Positions 39,940 through 48,793 are shown, counted from the stretch's first letter. The stretch is DNA of 64,000 bases from a virus (IMGVR_UViG_3300017432_000006:8857-72856); one strand, 5' to 3'. Numbers and translations: made by a program. The notes: generated by a model from the letters alone, not told the origin.

Positions 39940-40335
39940 GGCTGGTCCGACAAGGATTGTCTGATTCAGTTCCAGCAGACTTGTCGGTGGACGAACACCT
40001 GTATTCGCAAAGGCGCGGGGTCAGTAGTCCGGGTAACTTAAAACCCTTGACAGCCAATGTCTCAATATATGGAATGAGACGTAAGGTAAGGCGCGGTTAA
40101 AGCCTTAGACTTCGAAGAACCAACAATAACAGCAGGGCTCAATGTTGTTGGACATAGGACGCAATCCCTTCTGAGATTTCAAATGACCCTGTTAGCATCT
40201 TAGTCACTGCTAACCACTAGACCGAAGGGTTGCATACTAAGTTCCCCCGCCCTCCCGGACCTAAAGACCCGGGTACTATGTCACTGGTAGCCGACTGTTG
40301 AGACGTGATCTTAGTTCTTCAACAGCAGGGGGGAA
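39940..40335 (+). ncRNA. Candidate large structured non-coding RNA
   Basis: No credible ORF; at least seven 5-8-bp helices readable by eye. Confidence 0.45.
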
Positions 40336-40361
40336 TAGAAATCTATCTAATTGGAGTAAAC

Positions 40362-40589
40362 ATGACTAAGAAAAAACAAAAAGTATGGTGGCTCAAGGGA
40401 CCAGGACAAGTAACTCTGTGCAAAGAAAGAACAACATGCTTTAGAAATAACGAAATCTTAGAGCCTGGCTCTAAGATTGGAATTCTACACAAGAAAAAGT
40501 TCTGTCTTAGTTGTTATATCAAGGTAAAAGCCATTCTTAACAGAGAAGTGAACGCGATGAAGCACCCTTATGGAAGGATGACTCAGTGA
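40362..40589 (+). CDS. Small basic Cys-containing protein
   Basis: RBS GGAG before ATG 40362; C..C motifs. Confidence 0.6.
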   Translation: MTKKKQKVWWLKGPGQVTLCKERTTCFRNNEILEPGSKIGILHKKKFCLSCYIKVKAILNREVNAMKHPYGRMTQ

Positions 40590-40644
40590 CTTGCCGGGGC
40601 CGGTGGTCTGTGGTAGGGTTGGTGTCCCTACAGATGGAGACACG

Positions 40645-40830
40645 ATGGAACCTATAGAGATGTACCTTGACGAAGATATGAGTGTCGGGGTAGGAGATAA
40701 GGAATTTTTGTTCTTCGTCGCTAATAAAGAGAATGACCACTCAGGCGAAGAAATCATTGTAGAAAAGAGCCGGTGGGAAGGTCTAGGTTCCCCTAAGAAG
40801 ATTAGAGTTGTTTGGGAGCCAGTATTATGA
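40645..40830 (+). CDS. Hypothetical protein
   Basis: RBS GGAG before ATG 40645; ATGA coupling to the next gene. Confidence 0.6.
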   Translation: MEPIEMYLDEDMSVGVGDKEFLFFVANKENDHSGEEIIVEKSRWEGLGSPKKIRVVWEPVL

Positions 40831-41129
40831 TGACACGTAAAGGCATTATTATGAGGCTAGACGAAGGTCAACTAGAAAGAGACCGGCGTCGCTATGTTTT
40901 AGAGGGAGACCCCACCGACGTCTCTTTCAAAGACGATGTTCAACTCAGTACTCTTAATTTCGAATATGATGACTGGTTGCACATGGGAAAGCCCCGTACT
41001 GTTACCGTCCATGTCTACCCCGGCGACCTTACAGATGGACGGCGGGACACCTTAGAACGTGTATATCGTGACTCTAAAGAAGACATGCTACTAGCAGCAA
41101 GAAAGTTGGAAGACAGCGATGAAGAATGA
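40827..41129 (+). CDS. Hypothetical protein
   Basis: Coupled ORF; shares a K.Y.....D.....F.......GKP/P(K/R)...V pattern with the preceding ORF. Confidence 0.6.
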   Translation: MMTRKGIIMRLDEGQLERDRRRYVLEGDPTDVSFKDDVQLSTLNFEYDDWLHMGKPRTVTVHVYPGDLTDGRRDTLERVYRDSKEDMLLAARKLEDSDEE

Positions 41130-41391
41130 AATAGTCAGTGAGATTTTGACTGATGCTTACTCCTTAACGCTCGATGAGCAGATGAAGATTTTTGAGGACT
41201 CCCAGGTAAAGCCGGGGATTGAAGAAGTACTGTCAGATGATGACACTGTCGATGAATCTCCCGACGCTGCAATTGTGGCTATGGGTTTTCTCAAGGCTAT
41301 CTATCTCATGGAGAGGTTTTACGCTGACAGAAAGCAGTTAGTCAGTCGTATCGAAGAACTGGAACACCGAATTGAAGGTTTAGAGAAGTGA
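41119..41391 (+). CDS. Hypothetical protein
   Basis: 90-aa ORF in the coupled series. Confidence 0.65.
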   Translation: MKNEIVSEILTDAYSLTLDEQMKIFEDSQVKPGIEEVLSDDDTVDESPDAAIVAMGFLKAIYLMERFYADRKQLVSRIEELEHRIEGLEK

Positions 41392-41645
41392 ACGATCAAT
41401 TACCAAATTTCACTACCCTTAAGGTAGATGATGTAAAGAAGGACGTCAATAGTTTTGATGTTCAAGACCATCTAGATGGTATCAGGGAGTCTAATATTCT
41501 TAAAGAATACGAGGAAGTTCTTAACGACCCCGCCGGGCGGGCTGAACTATCGATTGATGAACTTACCTTGGTGTTCGGTGTCTACAAGTTGGCACTGTTG
41601 CTTGAAAGAGTAGAAAATGAGTGGGAGCCTCGAAGTAATGCCTGA
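41388..41645 (+). CDS. Hypothetical protein
   Basis: 85-aa ORF with GTGA overlap. Confidence 0.65.
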   Translation: MNDQLPNFTTLKVDDVKKDVNSFDVQDHLDGIRESNILKEYEEVLNDPAGRAELSIDELTLVFGVYKLALLLERVENEWEPRSNA

Positions 41646-41685
41646 GGACGGGGTGGTAACTAAAAAGAAAGAAGAAGTGGTTTAG

Positions 41686-41991
41686 ATGACTCATAAGATT
41701 ACCTTAACCAAGGTACAGGTCCTAGATGATCGCCGCTACTACAAGGACCCGGCCACGGGTTATCAGTTATCGGTAAAAGAGCAAGACGCTCAAAGACTAA
41801 ACTTGGGAGACGAATGGTCAGTACATGCTATCTACAAGAAGTTCCTCAGTGAGCGGGTTCTAGAAGTGCCGGTTGCTGTTGCTACTCTGCCCTTTGACCC
41901 TGATGAAAAAGAACAGGCTTGGGAGACTATGCGGCTGATGAATGATAGTCTTGATAACGCTTACGAAGATTGGTTGGCATCAGATGGCTGA
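41686..41991 (+). CDS. Hypothetical protein
   Basis: 101-aa ORF. Confidence 0.65.
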   Translation: MTHKITLTKVQVLDDRRYYKDPATGYQLSVKEQDAQRLNLGDEWSVHAIYKKFLSERVLEVPVAVATLPFDPDEKEQAWETMRLMNDSLDNAYEDWLASDG

Positions 41992-42136
41992 CTTAGTTAA
42001 AGGCTATATCATAGGGGTGTCCAATGAAAACATCATCATCGTTACCCCCGACCGTCAAAGATTTTCCAAGCCGGTAGAAGAGTGGGCACAACTTGCCGCC
42101 GAACACGAAGACAGAATAAGAGGGTATATTGACTGA
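41984..42136 (+). CDS. Hypothetical protein
   Basis: ATG 41984 overlaps the upstream stop. Confidence 0.55.
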   Translation: MADLVKGYIIGVSNENIIIVTPDRQRFSKPVEEWAQLAAEHEDRIRGYID

Positions 42137-42368
42137 ATTAGAGCCCAGCATCATCTACACCACACCCGGCGGGGGTAGGGTGAGTTTTTCCAAGCACGGT
42201 GATCTTGCTATTCATACAGATAAGGGCTTTAAGTCTTTGCCTTTGTTGTTCTGGGAAATGGCCTACGACAGTTTCTTTCCTTCTCTAATAGAACAAATAG
42301 AACACATTAACAACCAGATCGCCAGTAACCCAGAACTATTAAAAGAATTAGGAATAAATAATGACTGA
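42129..42368 (+). CDS. Hypothetical protein
   Basis: 79-aa ORF, TTG start, RBS GAGGG. Confidence 0.55.
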   Translation: MTELEPSIIYTTPGGGRVSFSKHGDLAIHTDKGFKSLPLLFWEMAYDSFFPSLIEQIEHINNQIASNPELLKELGINND

Positions 42369-43074
42369 ACTACCAGCCGGTTATATCCGGGTATTAGATG
42401 ATAAGGGCTATGTAGGTCTTAAGGATCACATGGGAACAGACCTCAGCACCACCCGCGCCGCCCGGGTGAGTTACAACAAAGATTCAGAAGAGTGGAACGG
42501 CAAGGAAGAGCGTTTGCTCAACTTCCTGATTCGTGAGGGTCATACGTCAACCCTGCGCCATGCCACGCTGTCATTTGAGGTTTACGCCCCGATGATGGTC
42601 AAGAATCAGTGGATAAAGCACGCTATTGGGTCGTCTCATCTTGAAGACGGTTTGGCTTGGAATGAGTCCAGTCGCCGGTACGTCACAGAAGAGCCGGAAT
42701 TTTACGTTCCCGCCGGTACTGACTGGCGTAGCAAGCCTGCTAACTCAAAGCAAGGCAGCGGCGGGGTTCTACTAGAAAGCATGGGCGGGGTCTTTACAGA
42801 AGACCTCCATCAGACTATTACTCTCAGTGTTAAACTTTACGAGGAAGCAATGGCTAACGGTGTGGCACCAGAGCAAGCCAGGCTTTTTCTCCCGGCCTAC
42901 GCAATGTATATACGATGGATTTGGACTACCTCATTAGCGGGGGTCCTGTCTTTTCTTGAGCAGCGTCTAGCCAGTGACTCACAGTTCGAGATTCAAGAGT
43001 TTGCCAAGGCCGTAGAAATCATCACAGCAGACAAGTTCCCCAACACAGTAAAGGTTTGGAAGGATCATCGATGA
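42361..43074 (+). CDS. thyX: FAD-dependent thymidylate synthase
   Basis: RAARVSY, GHTSTLRH, NESSRRY and EQARLFLP ThyX motifs. Confidence 0.93.
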   Translation: MTELPAGYIRVLDDKGYVGLKDHMGTDLSTTRAARVSYNKDSEEWNGKEERLLNFLIREGHTSTLRHATLSFEVYAPMMVKNQWIKHAIGSSHLEDGLAWNESSRRYVTEEPEFYVPAGTDWRSKPANSKQGSGGVLLESMGGVFTEDLHQTITLSVKLYEEAMANGVAPEQARLFLPAYAMYIRWIWTTSLAGVLSFLEQRLASDSQFEIQEFAKAVEIITADKFPNTVKVWKDHR

Positions 43075-43232
43075 GTTTCATGTACAAGAGTATTAAGAAC
43101 CCAACTGTTTTGTTTGGAAAGAACAGCGAAGTCATTGCTGTCTTCACAAGTGAGGCCCATTTGGATGAAGCCCTAGAAGCGAACAGGCTTGCCGAAGAGA
43201 TGCTTATTGCTTGGAGTAAGGGTGTGGAATGA
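43071..43232 (+). CDS. Hypothetical protein (53 aa)
   Basis: ATGA overlaps on both sides. Confidence 0.55.
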   Translation: MSFMYKSIKNPTVLFGKNSEVIAVFTSEAHLDEALEANRLAEEMLIAWSKGVE

Positions 43233-43417
43233 ACATCGATCTTCCTGATGACTTGTTAGAACTAGTATGTCAATTCATGAACGAACCCGCCGCTTCTGAT
43301 TGGTGTGTCGGTAATAATGCTTTTCTCGGTACTCGCCCGGTTGATGCGTGGAAACTAGGATACAAAGCAGAAGTTGAAGGTGCCCTACATGGTTGGGCCG
43401 ACGGGTCGTTTGCATAA
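43229..43417 (+). CDS. Stand-alone Xre/MbcA/ParS antitoxin C-terminal (DUF2384-like) domain
   Basis: A..W....N..L...P.D......V...L.....G.FA pattern. Confidence 0.6.
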   Translation: MNIDLPDDLLELVCQFMNEPAASDWCVGNNAFLGTRPVDAWKLGYKAEVEGALHGWADGSFA

Positions 43418-43575
43418 TGATACTTCTCAATCCCCGCTGCCCGTCCAAGATTGACCACATTCACTGGACCTTCACTTGCCAACTAGTGCCCAACCATGGT
43501 AAGTTTCATTTCTGGAACAGTGAGGAAAGATATGTCAGATGGGATGAGAACAGGGTGGTAGACTCAAGACTATGA
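43417..43575 (+). CDS. Small Cys/His-rich hypothetical protein
   Basis: TAATG coupling. Confidence 0.5.
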   Translation: MILLNPRCPSKIDHIHWTFTCQLVPNHGKFHFWNSEERYVRWDENRVVDSRL

Positions 43576-43718
43576 CGAAATTTTGTTATTGGGTGCGCCG
43601 GTTGATCTGCAATACAACCGGCCACCGCTCAATTGTGACGTTGGTGACTATCGAGAGGTCAACTGACGAGTTTATTCGCATTAAGAAGTGTCTTTTTTGC
43701 GGTAAGAGGACCAAGTGA
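43572..43718 (+). CDS. Small Zn-ribbon-like protein (48 aa)
   Basis: C...GH...CLFCG; coupled on both sides. Confidence 0.5.
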   Translation: MTKFCYWVRRLICNTTGHRSIVTLVTIERSTDEFIRIKKCLFCGKRTK

Positions 43719-44089
43719 TCACTCATACTCAGATAGATCACTTGAATAGACGTTTAAGACAGGTCTATGCAGCCGATACAGCCCAGCCTTTTGACGGAAA
43801 GTGGTCCAAGGGCAACCCCACCAAGGGGCATTGCGCGGTTGTGTCTATGATCTTGACCGATTTATTGCCTGATTCTATGATCATGACCTGTCGAGTCAAA
43901 GACGGTGACCAATCTATCAAGCACTACTACGTGGATTGGGCAGGATTTAACATAGATTTAACTTTTGACCAGTTCTCGCCCGGCTCAGTGGTGTATAGTA
44001 GAAGACAGGCAGACCTCGGAGAGTACTATTTCACAGATACCTTCGAGAAGTACCTGCTACTGAGCGAGAGAGTTGATGAAGTAAAGTGA
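43715..44089 (+). CDS. YunG-like protein (Cys-His-Asp triad, papain/transglutaminase-like)
   Basis: W...NP..GHCAVVS, HYY and DLT.DQF pattern. Confidence 0.6.
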   Translation: MITHTQIDHLNRRLRQVYAADTAQPFDGKWSKGNPTKGHCAVVSMILTDLLPDSMIMTCRVKDGDQSIKHYYVDWAGFNIDLTFDQFSPGSVVYSRRQADLGEYYFTDTFEKYLLLSERVDEVK

Positions 44090-44277
44090 CCGAAGAGCAA
44101 GCAGAACGCATTCTTGCGGCCTTGAGCGCCAATGTCATTGCGACACACCGGGTTTACGACGTATTGCTTCTCCTGCTGGACGAAGAGGACCGGAAACTCA
44201 TTCAGGCAGATCATGCCGAGGGCCGGTTGCTCGGACCGACTATCAGATTTGCAGGAGAAGAAGATGACAATACGTGA
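44086..44277 (+). CDS. Hypothetical protein
   Basis: 63-aa coupled ORF. Confidence 0.6.
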   Translation: MTEEQAERILAALSANVIATHRVYDVLLLLLDEEDRKLIQADHAEGRLLGPTIRFAGEEDDNT

Positions 44278-44401
44278 TGACAAGCAACTAGACTGGACCA
44301 AGCAGCAAATGGTTTTCGCCAACCTGCGTGGTGATGACGAACTGTGGCAGCAATACTACGTCGCAGTTTGTGAGTACGAAGAAAGGATTATTGTTGTCTG
44401 A
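44264..44401 (+). CDS. Hypothetical protein
   Basis: RBS AGGAG before ATG 44264. Confidence 0.55.
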   Translation: MTIRDDKQLDWTKQQMVFANLRGDDELWQQYYVAVCEYEERIIVV

Positions 44402-44618
44402 TCTGACCGACAGACTGGACCAGATGGGTATTAACTCAGAACTGGATGAGGGCGAACTGATTTCTGACGCTATTGTCGTCATGAAGGTGATCACTGCCGA
44501 AGGCGAGCCCTATGTATTTGTGACAAGCAGCGACGGTCTTGATTGGATTACCGCGATTGGGATGATGGACGTTGCCGGTGATCAAATTGCCGGGGGTACT
44601 GAGACAACGGAGGACTAA
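44394..44618 (+). CDS. Hypothetical acidic protein
   Basis: RBS GAAAGG before TTG; common actinophage ELISDAIVVMKV..W....GM pattern. Confidence 0.6.
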   Translation: MSDLTDRLDQMGINSELDEGELISDAIVVMKVITAEGEPYVFVTSSDGLDWITAIGMMDVAGDQIAGGTETTED

Positions 44619-44785
44619 TGATCAGCAAAGAAACTCTAGAAGAGATTCGTAATGTCAAGTCTAAATTGGTCTACATCTCAGATGGTACCCGTGCTGGTGA
44701 TAGGCTTTTGAATGTTCTAAAGAACCACGACCTTATGCTTAGGGAATTGGAAGATATTTATGACAGAACCCAAGATTTGGACTGA
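44618..44785 (+). CDS. Hypothetical protein (55 aa)
   Basis: RBS GGAGG; TAATG coupling. Confidence 0.55.
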   Translation: MISKETLEEIRNVKSKLVYISDGTRAGDRLLNVLKNHDLMLRELEDIYDRTQDLD

Positions 44786-44902
44786 AACACTCAAAGCCAC
44801 CCGCCGCCGGTGGTTCCTCAACAATTACGAATTCAACGACATAACATGGGAGAAATTCAATGCTCAAGAAGATGAAGACTTTTCTGATCAGCATGGTCAA
44901 CT

Positions 44903-45166
44903 ATGAGTGACACCCCAATTTACGACGAAGTTGTGGCAAAGAAGGCGGGCGATAGTTTTATTGAAGCCATGCTGGACTCTTACCTTTCTTTGAAAGGGGA
45001 GGCAGGTGTTCTTAGGCGGAGTTTGAACAAGGACCCAGTCTTGATTCAGCAGTATCAAGTCAATGAACTTAAGTCCCGCCGCCGTTACGACTACGACTAC
45101 CACCGCGATTTTAAGCGCGAGTACGGTCGCAAGGTCTACAAGTCTGTGGTAGACTGGAAGGTATGA
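44903..45166 (+). CDS. Hypothetical protein
   Basis: 87-aa ORF. Confidence 0.6.
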   Translation: MSDTPIYDEVVAKKAGDSFIEAMLDSYLSLKGEAGVLRRSLNKDPVLIQQYQVNELKSRRRYDYDYHRDFKREYGRKVYKSVVDWKV

Positions 45167-45513
45167 GTTACAAATTCGAAGAAGGCGAGCAGGTGTTCGT
45201 CACTGTCGGTGATTACAACGGCACGCAGGGAATCGTCTGCGCCCGCGACGGTGGTTACGAGGTCCAACTTTACAACGCAGAGAACGTCAAAACCACGTTT
45301 AGCGCAGACCAACTAAAGTCAGTGTGGCCCGACACAGAGTTAGGACAAAAGCAGCGCCAGGCGGCATTGCTGATGTACCAGTCATCGAAGATCACAGAGT
45401 CACTACCTAAGGCAGAAAATGATAAGATCAAAACAGCGGTTGCCACCGCGAGAGACGAAGGAGTCTCCGAAGAAATCCTTCTCAAAATTGTTAAGGAAGC
45501 CTACGAGGGGTAA
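45163..45513 (+). CDS. Hypothetical protein with KOW/SH3-like N terminus
   Basis: FEEGEQVFVTVGDYNGTQGIV. Confidence 0.6.
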   Translation: MSYKFEEGEQVFVTVGDYNGTQGIVCARDGGYEVQLYNAENVKTTFSADQLKSVWPDTELGQKQRQAALLMYQSSKITESLPKAENDKIKTAVATARDEGVSEEILLKIVKEAYEG

Positions 45514-45696
45514 GACTCAAGAGTACGACAAAGACGGAAACGTCACAGAAAGACCATCAACCCTACGCGAAGTCGTAGGGTTTACTCTTTGTACCGTACT
45601 GGACAGTGTTCCCACGGTTTACCAAGGAGATGCCGGTCTACACATGGGCCGGGGACATTGGGGATGCCGCCACCAAATAGGCAGCAGAATAGCAGG

Positions 45697-46116
45697 ATGG
45701 AACTAATGTTAGTAGACTACGCAAAGCAGGAACTAGAACTGGCTGGGCTGTTCGACAAGGACAGCGACTACGACGGTGAACTAGGTAAGGCAGCACTAGA
45801 ACTGGTGGAGAAGTTCGCTGATCAAAACCACAGTGGTTTCAGTGCAAGCATGGTGACGCAGATCGTTACCAAATTGATGCAGTACCAGCCCCTTACCCCG
45901 CTTACCGGCGAGGACGATGAGTGGATGGACGTAGACGGCCAGGGGCTTTATCATAACAAGCGTTGTTCCAGTGTCTTCAAGCAAGGTGACCGCGCTTACA
46001 ACATCGATGGCCGGGTTTTCAGGGATAAGGACGGGTATACCTATACCAGTAAGGACAGTTGGGTAGACATTACCTTCCCCTATACTCCGACCAAGGAGAT
46101 TGTAGACGTTGACTAA
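45697..46116 (+). CDS. Conserved phage hypothetical protein
   Basis: YAKQELELAG..HSGFSA..PLTPLTGEDDEW..HNKRCS.VFK pattern, widespread in phages. Confidence 0.7.
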   Translation: MELMLVDYAKQELELAGLFDKDSDYDGELGKAALELVEKFADQNHSGFSASMVTQIVTKLMQYQPLTPLTGEDDEWMDVDGQGLYHNKRCSSVFKQGDRAYNIDGRVFRDKDGYTYTSKDSWVDITFPYTPTKEIVDVD

Positions 46117-46657
46117 TTCATACGACTACCCGGACGTCTACAAAGACCTAGGCGTCACCATCAAAGACCTCGGTTGCGTAATGCTAGAGGTGGATAACAT
46201 TGAACTACCTGATCTTGACTGGTACTACTCGGAAAACCCGGATTTTTGGTGGATCAAGGGGCCGGTCGGGTCCAAGGGCGCTCACTGCACGTTGCTCTAC
46301 GGTTTGATGGAGCCTGCCTATACGTGGTCCGAGCACTGTGATAGAATGCTTGATGGATGGACCCCAGAGCCCCTAGAGATTAGGGACGTGTCCTATTTCC
46401 CCGCGCGAGGCCCGCTCGCGGGCGAGTACTACTGCCTTATTGGTAAGGTCAAGGTCACTGAGAATTTGCTAGAAGGCCACAACCGCCTTGAACTACTGCC
46501 ACATATCAATACTTTCGACTACCAGCCTCACGTCACACTTGGGTATATCAAGGCAACTGACGGAGAGCCGGGGGATTCATTGAGAAAACTCTCTCATATC
46601 GCCGGTAGAGAACTACCAGTAACCAACATCTCATACGGAGACAAGAAACTAGTATGA
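46109..46657 (+). CDS. 2H phosphoesterase, Acb1/T4 gp57B-like
   Basis: Two HxT motifs: HCTLLY and PHVTLGY. Confidence 0.8.
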   Translation: MTNSYDYPDVYKDLGVTIKDLGCVMLEVDNIELPDLDWYYSENPDFWWIKGPVGSKGAHCTLLYGLMEPAYTWSEHCDRMLDGWTPEPLEIRDVSYFPARGPLAGEYYCLIGKVKVTENLLEGHNRLELLPHINTFDYQPHVTLGYIKATDGEPGDSLRKLSHIAGRELPVTNISYGDKKLV

Positions 46658-46941
46658 CTGAACCATCCTTGCACAATGAAGACCCCAGCGTGGTCGAGAT
46701 AGAAGATCGCTATTACCTCGTCACCACACAAGACGATTTTAACAATGCCTTGAGAAAGGAGATTCGCCGGGCGGTAGACGAAGGTCGTCTACGTCCAGAA
46801 GACAAAGAAGATCACATCCAAATCGAATTACTGAGATTCATCGACGCCGGGATCACACCATCAGATAAGGTGCTGGCAACGCTTGTTGATTTCAACACAC
46901 TTCCTTTGGAGAAGAATGCTGCACACGACACTCAAGATTAA
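46654..46941 (+). CDS. Hypothetical protein
   Basis: 95-aa coupled ORF. Confidence 0.6.
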   Translation: MTEPSLHNEDPSVVEIEDRYYLVTTQDDFNNALRKEIRRAVDEGRLRPEDKEDHIQIELLRFIDAGITPSDKVLATLVDFNTLPLEKNAAHDTQD

Positions 46942-47137
46942 CAGTAACGCTATCGCGTCTTTTACAGCAGTTAGAATCACCAACACCCACGCTCCCGTCA
47001 TCGACCCTGACGACGTGAGTACGTACAAGGTAGAGTTCTTTGACCCGGGCGCTGGGGAAATCAAGGGAGAAGTGCAGCACCGTTACGGAGACGGTGGTTG
47101 GAAACTACTACAGAAAGCAATAGAGGAACTACTGTAA
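46916..47137 (+). CDS. Hypothetical protein
   Basis: RBS GGAG before ATG 46916; H.YGDG..L..KA pattern. Confidence 0.55.
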   Translation: MLHTTLKINSNAIASFTAVRITNTHAPVIDPDDVSTYKVEFFDPGAGEIKGEVQHRYGDGGWKLLQKAIEELL

Positions 47138-47406
47138 TGCCTAAGCACACATATACAGAACTTGTAGCCGCCGGTGCGCCGGAACTACCATTTCAGCACT
47201 ACTACGAGGTATCTCGACTGATTGACCCGGACCTGCCGGACTACCAAGTTATTATCTACAACAACGACCTGTATAAAGCATCTTCGCTACCTTTCGGGCA
47301 CTTGAGCATGGAAAAAGTTGTTATCGCTTGCGCACAGGCTCATCGTTACATGTTGGCGGATATAAAGAAGCGACGAGGAGAATCCGAATGGCTGGGCCGG
47401 TACTGA
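47137..47406 (+). CDS. Hypothetical protein
   Basis: TAATG coupling; RBS GAGG. Confidence 0.6.
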   Translation: MPKHTYTELVAAGAPELPFQHYYEVSRLIDPDLPDYQVIIYNNDLYKASSLPFGHLSMEKVVIACAQAHRYMLADIKKRRGESEWLGRY

Positions 47407-47561
47407 TCGAGTGGGACATATACGAGTACCAGCCGGGTTGTTGGATTGCTTTTGCCTGGATAGGTCATGGTCTACAAGCAACAGTGATGGGCCGCAACCG
47501 TCCGATCTTCGACATTAGAGTAAGACTATGGAACATTTACCTGCATTGGAAGAATCGATGA
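47388..47561 (+). CDS. Hypothetical protein
   Basis: RBS GAGGAG before ATG 47388. Confidence 0.5.
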   Translation: MAGPVLIEWDIYEYQPGCWIAFAWIGHGLQATVMGRNRPIFDIRVRLWNIYLHWKNR

Positions 47562-47746
47562 AAAAGAAGTTTGACGCAAAAGAAGTTCTTCACGCGATGG
47601 TCATTCTTTCAACCATAAACCCATCTGTGGACAAGACCCTTTTTTCAAAGGCAGAGATTAAGGTTTGGAACAAGTTGCATTCAGTAGGTGCGCGCGGTGG
47701 GGAGTTCGTTGCGGACGAGCACACCGTTGTCACGTATGAAGACTGA
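47558..47746 (+). CDS. Hypothetical protein
   Basis: ATGA coupling. Confidence 0.55.
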   Translation: MKKKFDAKEVLHAMVILSTINPSVDKTLFSKAEIKVWNKLHSVGARGGEFVADEHTVVTYED

Positions 47747-47960
47747 GTGCTTGACGTGTGACACACACGGGCCGGAAGAGTCGAAGACATTGGCGCAGTT
47801 CCTAGAACTACACCGTGCCATGCACGACATTTTTAGAGAAGTAATTAGACCAGTAGAGAGGTTAGTAGAATGGCTATCAGCACAACACAGACTTTCCCCC
47901 AGAACAGTTACGAACTTAGATTTTACGGAAAGACGAAGCAAGAAGTCATCAACGAGTTGA
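47736..47960 (+). CDS. Hypothetical protein with CxxC..H
   Basis: ECLTCDTHG; 3' part overlaps the next gene. Confidence 0.45.
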   Translation: MKTECLTCDTHGPEESKTLAQFLELHRAMHDIFREVIRPVERLVEWLSAQHRLSPRTVTNLDFTERRSKKSSTS

Positions 47961-48133
47961 ACAAATACCTCACAGAGACACCACGAATCGTTCAGTGGGT
48001 GCCAAGAGAACTACAGAAAATAGACCTTGGAAGCAATTTTGTTGTATCCGACGAGTACAATCTTGCTGTAGATTTCGTCAGAGTAAGTAACGTGGTTCGT
48101 AACGCGGACGGAACCGCCGGGTTGCAAGAGTGA
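47870..48133 (+). CDS. Hypothetical protein
   Basis: 87 aa; RBS GAGG. Confidence 0.6.
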   Translation: MAISTTQTFPQNSYELRFYGKTKQEVINELNKYLTETPRIVQWVPRELQKIDLGSNFVVSDEYNLAVDFVRVSNVVRNADGTAGLQE

Positions 48134-48480
48134 ACGACAGACAACTATTAGTACTGGCACTTAACCAGTTAGAAAATCTTGTCGCTATTCATAACTCAGT
48201 CGAGTTCGATGACCAAGTAGACATTGATTTGCAGGCAAAGGCAGTTAAGACGTTTACGGCATATGTCGAGAACGTACGCGCCGCGGCGGGATTGTGTGTA
48301 ACAGGGTGCGATGATGATTGTGAGTCCCTATGTCACGAAGAGCACGAAATCGCTGGGATCGCCCATAAGACAGTAGCAGCAACAATGAGACTAGTAAACA
48401 TTAACGACGAAGGCCAGTACAACTCTACTATCGAGAATCAGTTGAGAACGCTAGAAGAACTGCTGGCTAACCTACTCTAA
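48130..48480 (+). CDS. Hypothetical protein, last plus-strand gene of the block
   Basis: 116 aa; C..C...C..LCH motif. Confidence 0.6.
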   Translation: MNDRQLLVLALNQLENLVAIHNSVEFDDQVDIDLQAKAVKTFTAYVENVRAAAGLCVTGCDDDCESLCHEEHEIAGIAHKTVAATMRLVNINDEGQYNSTIENQLRTLEELLANLL

Positions 48481-48631
48481 CCGGGGCTTCGTTACCAATT
48501 TGTTACCTAATTTGCAGATTCAAAATTTTAGTATGCGGGAATTACTAACGGATGGTGTCTGGAAAGCATAAAAGGCATTTCCAATTAGTGCGCACATAAG
48601 AGCAGTTTTAATTCATGCTCAGGAATTGTTT

Positions 48632-48793
48632 TCAGTTGATTCGCGCCCCCGGAAGAAAGTCATTCATTCCGAAAGTAGAAACCCAACCATCCTCCATCGT
48701 GAATGTGATTGTCTCACCATCAAAAGAAACAACGGCCTGAGTAACCTTGAATCCGCTGATGATATCACCAACGAGAATCTGCGAAGCCTTCAT
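48632..48793 (-). CDS. Small beta-barrel-like early protein (53 aa)
   Basis: MKASQILVGDII...; RBS AAAGGA. Confidence 0.6.
   Translation of the reverse strand: MKASQILVGDIISGFKVTQAVVSFDGETITFTMEDGWVSTFGMNDFLPGARIN

Noticed and set aside
39947-40035. Group I ribozyme core (GCAGACT ... AGTAGTCC)
   Set aside because: The P7 pairing is imperfect, P4-P6 consensus is missing, and no interrupted gene flanks it.
40186-40235. tRNA (GGTCTAGTGGTTA D-arm-like on the minus strand)
   Set aside because: No anticodon or T arm and no TTCGA; it folds as a simple bulged hairpin.
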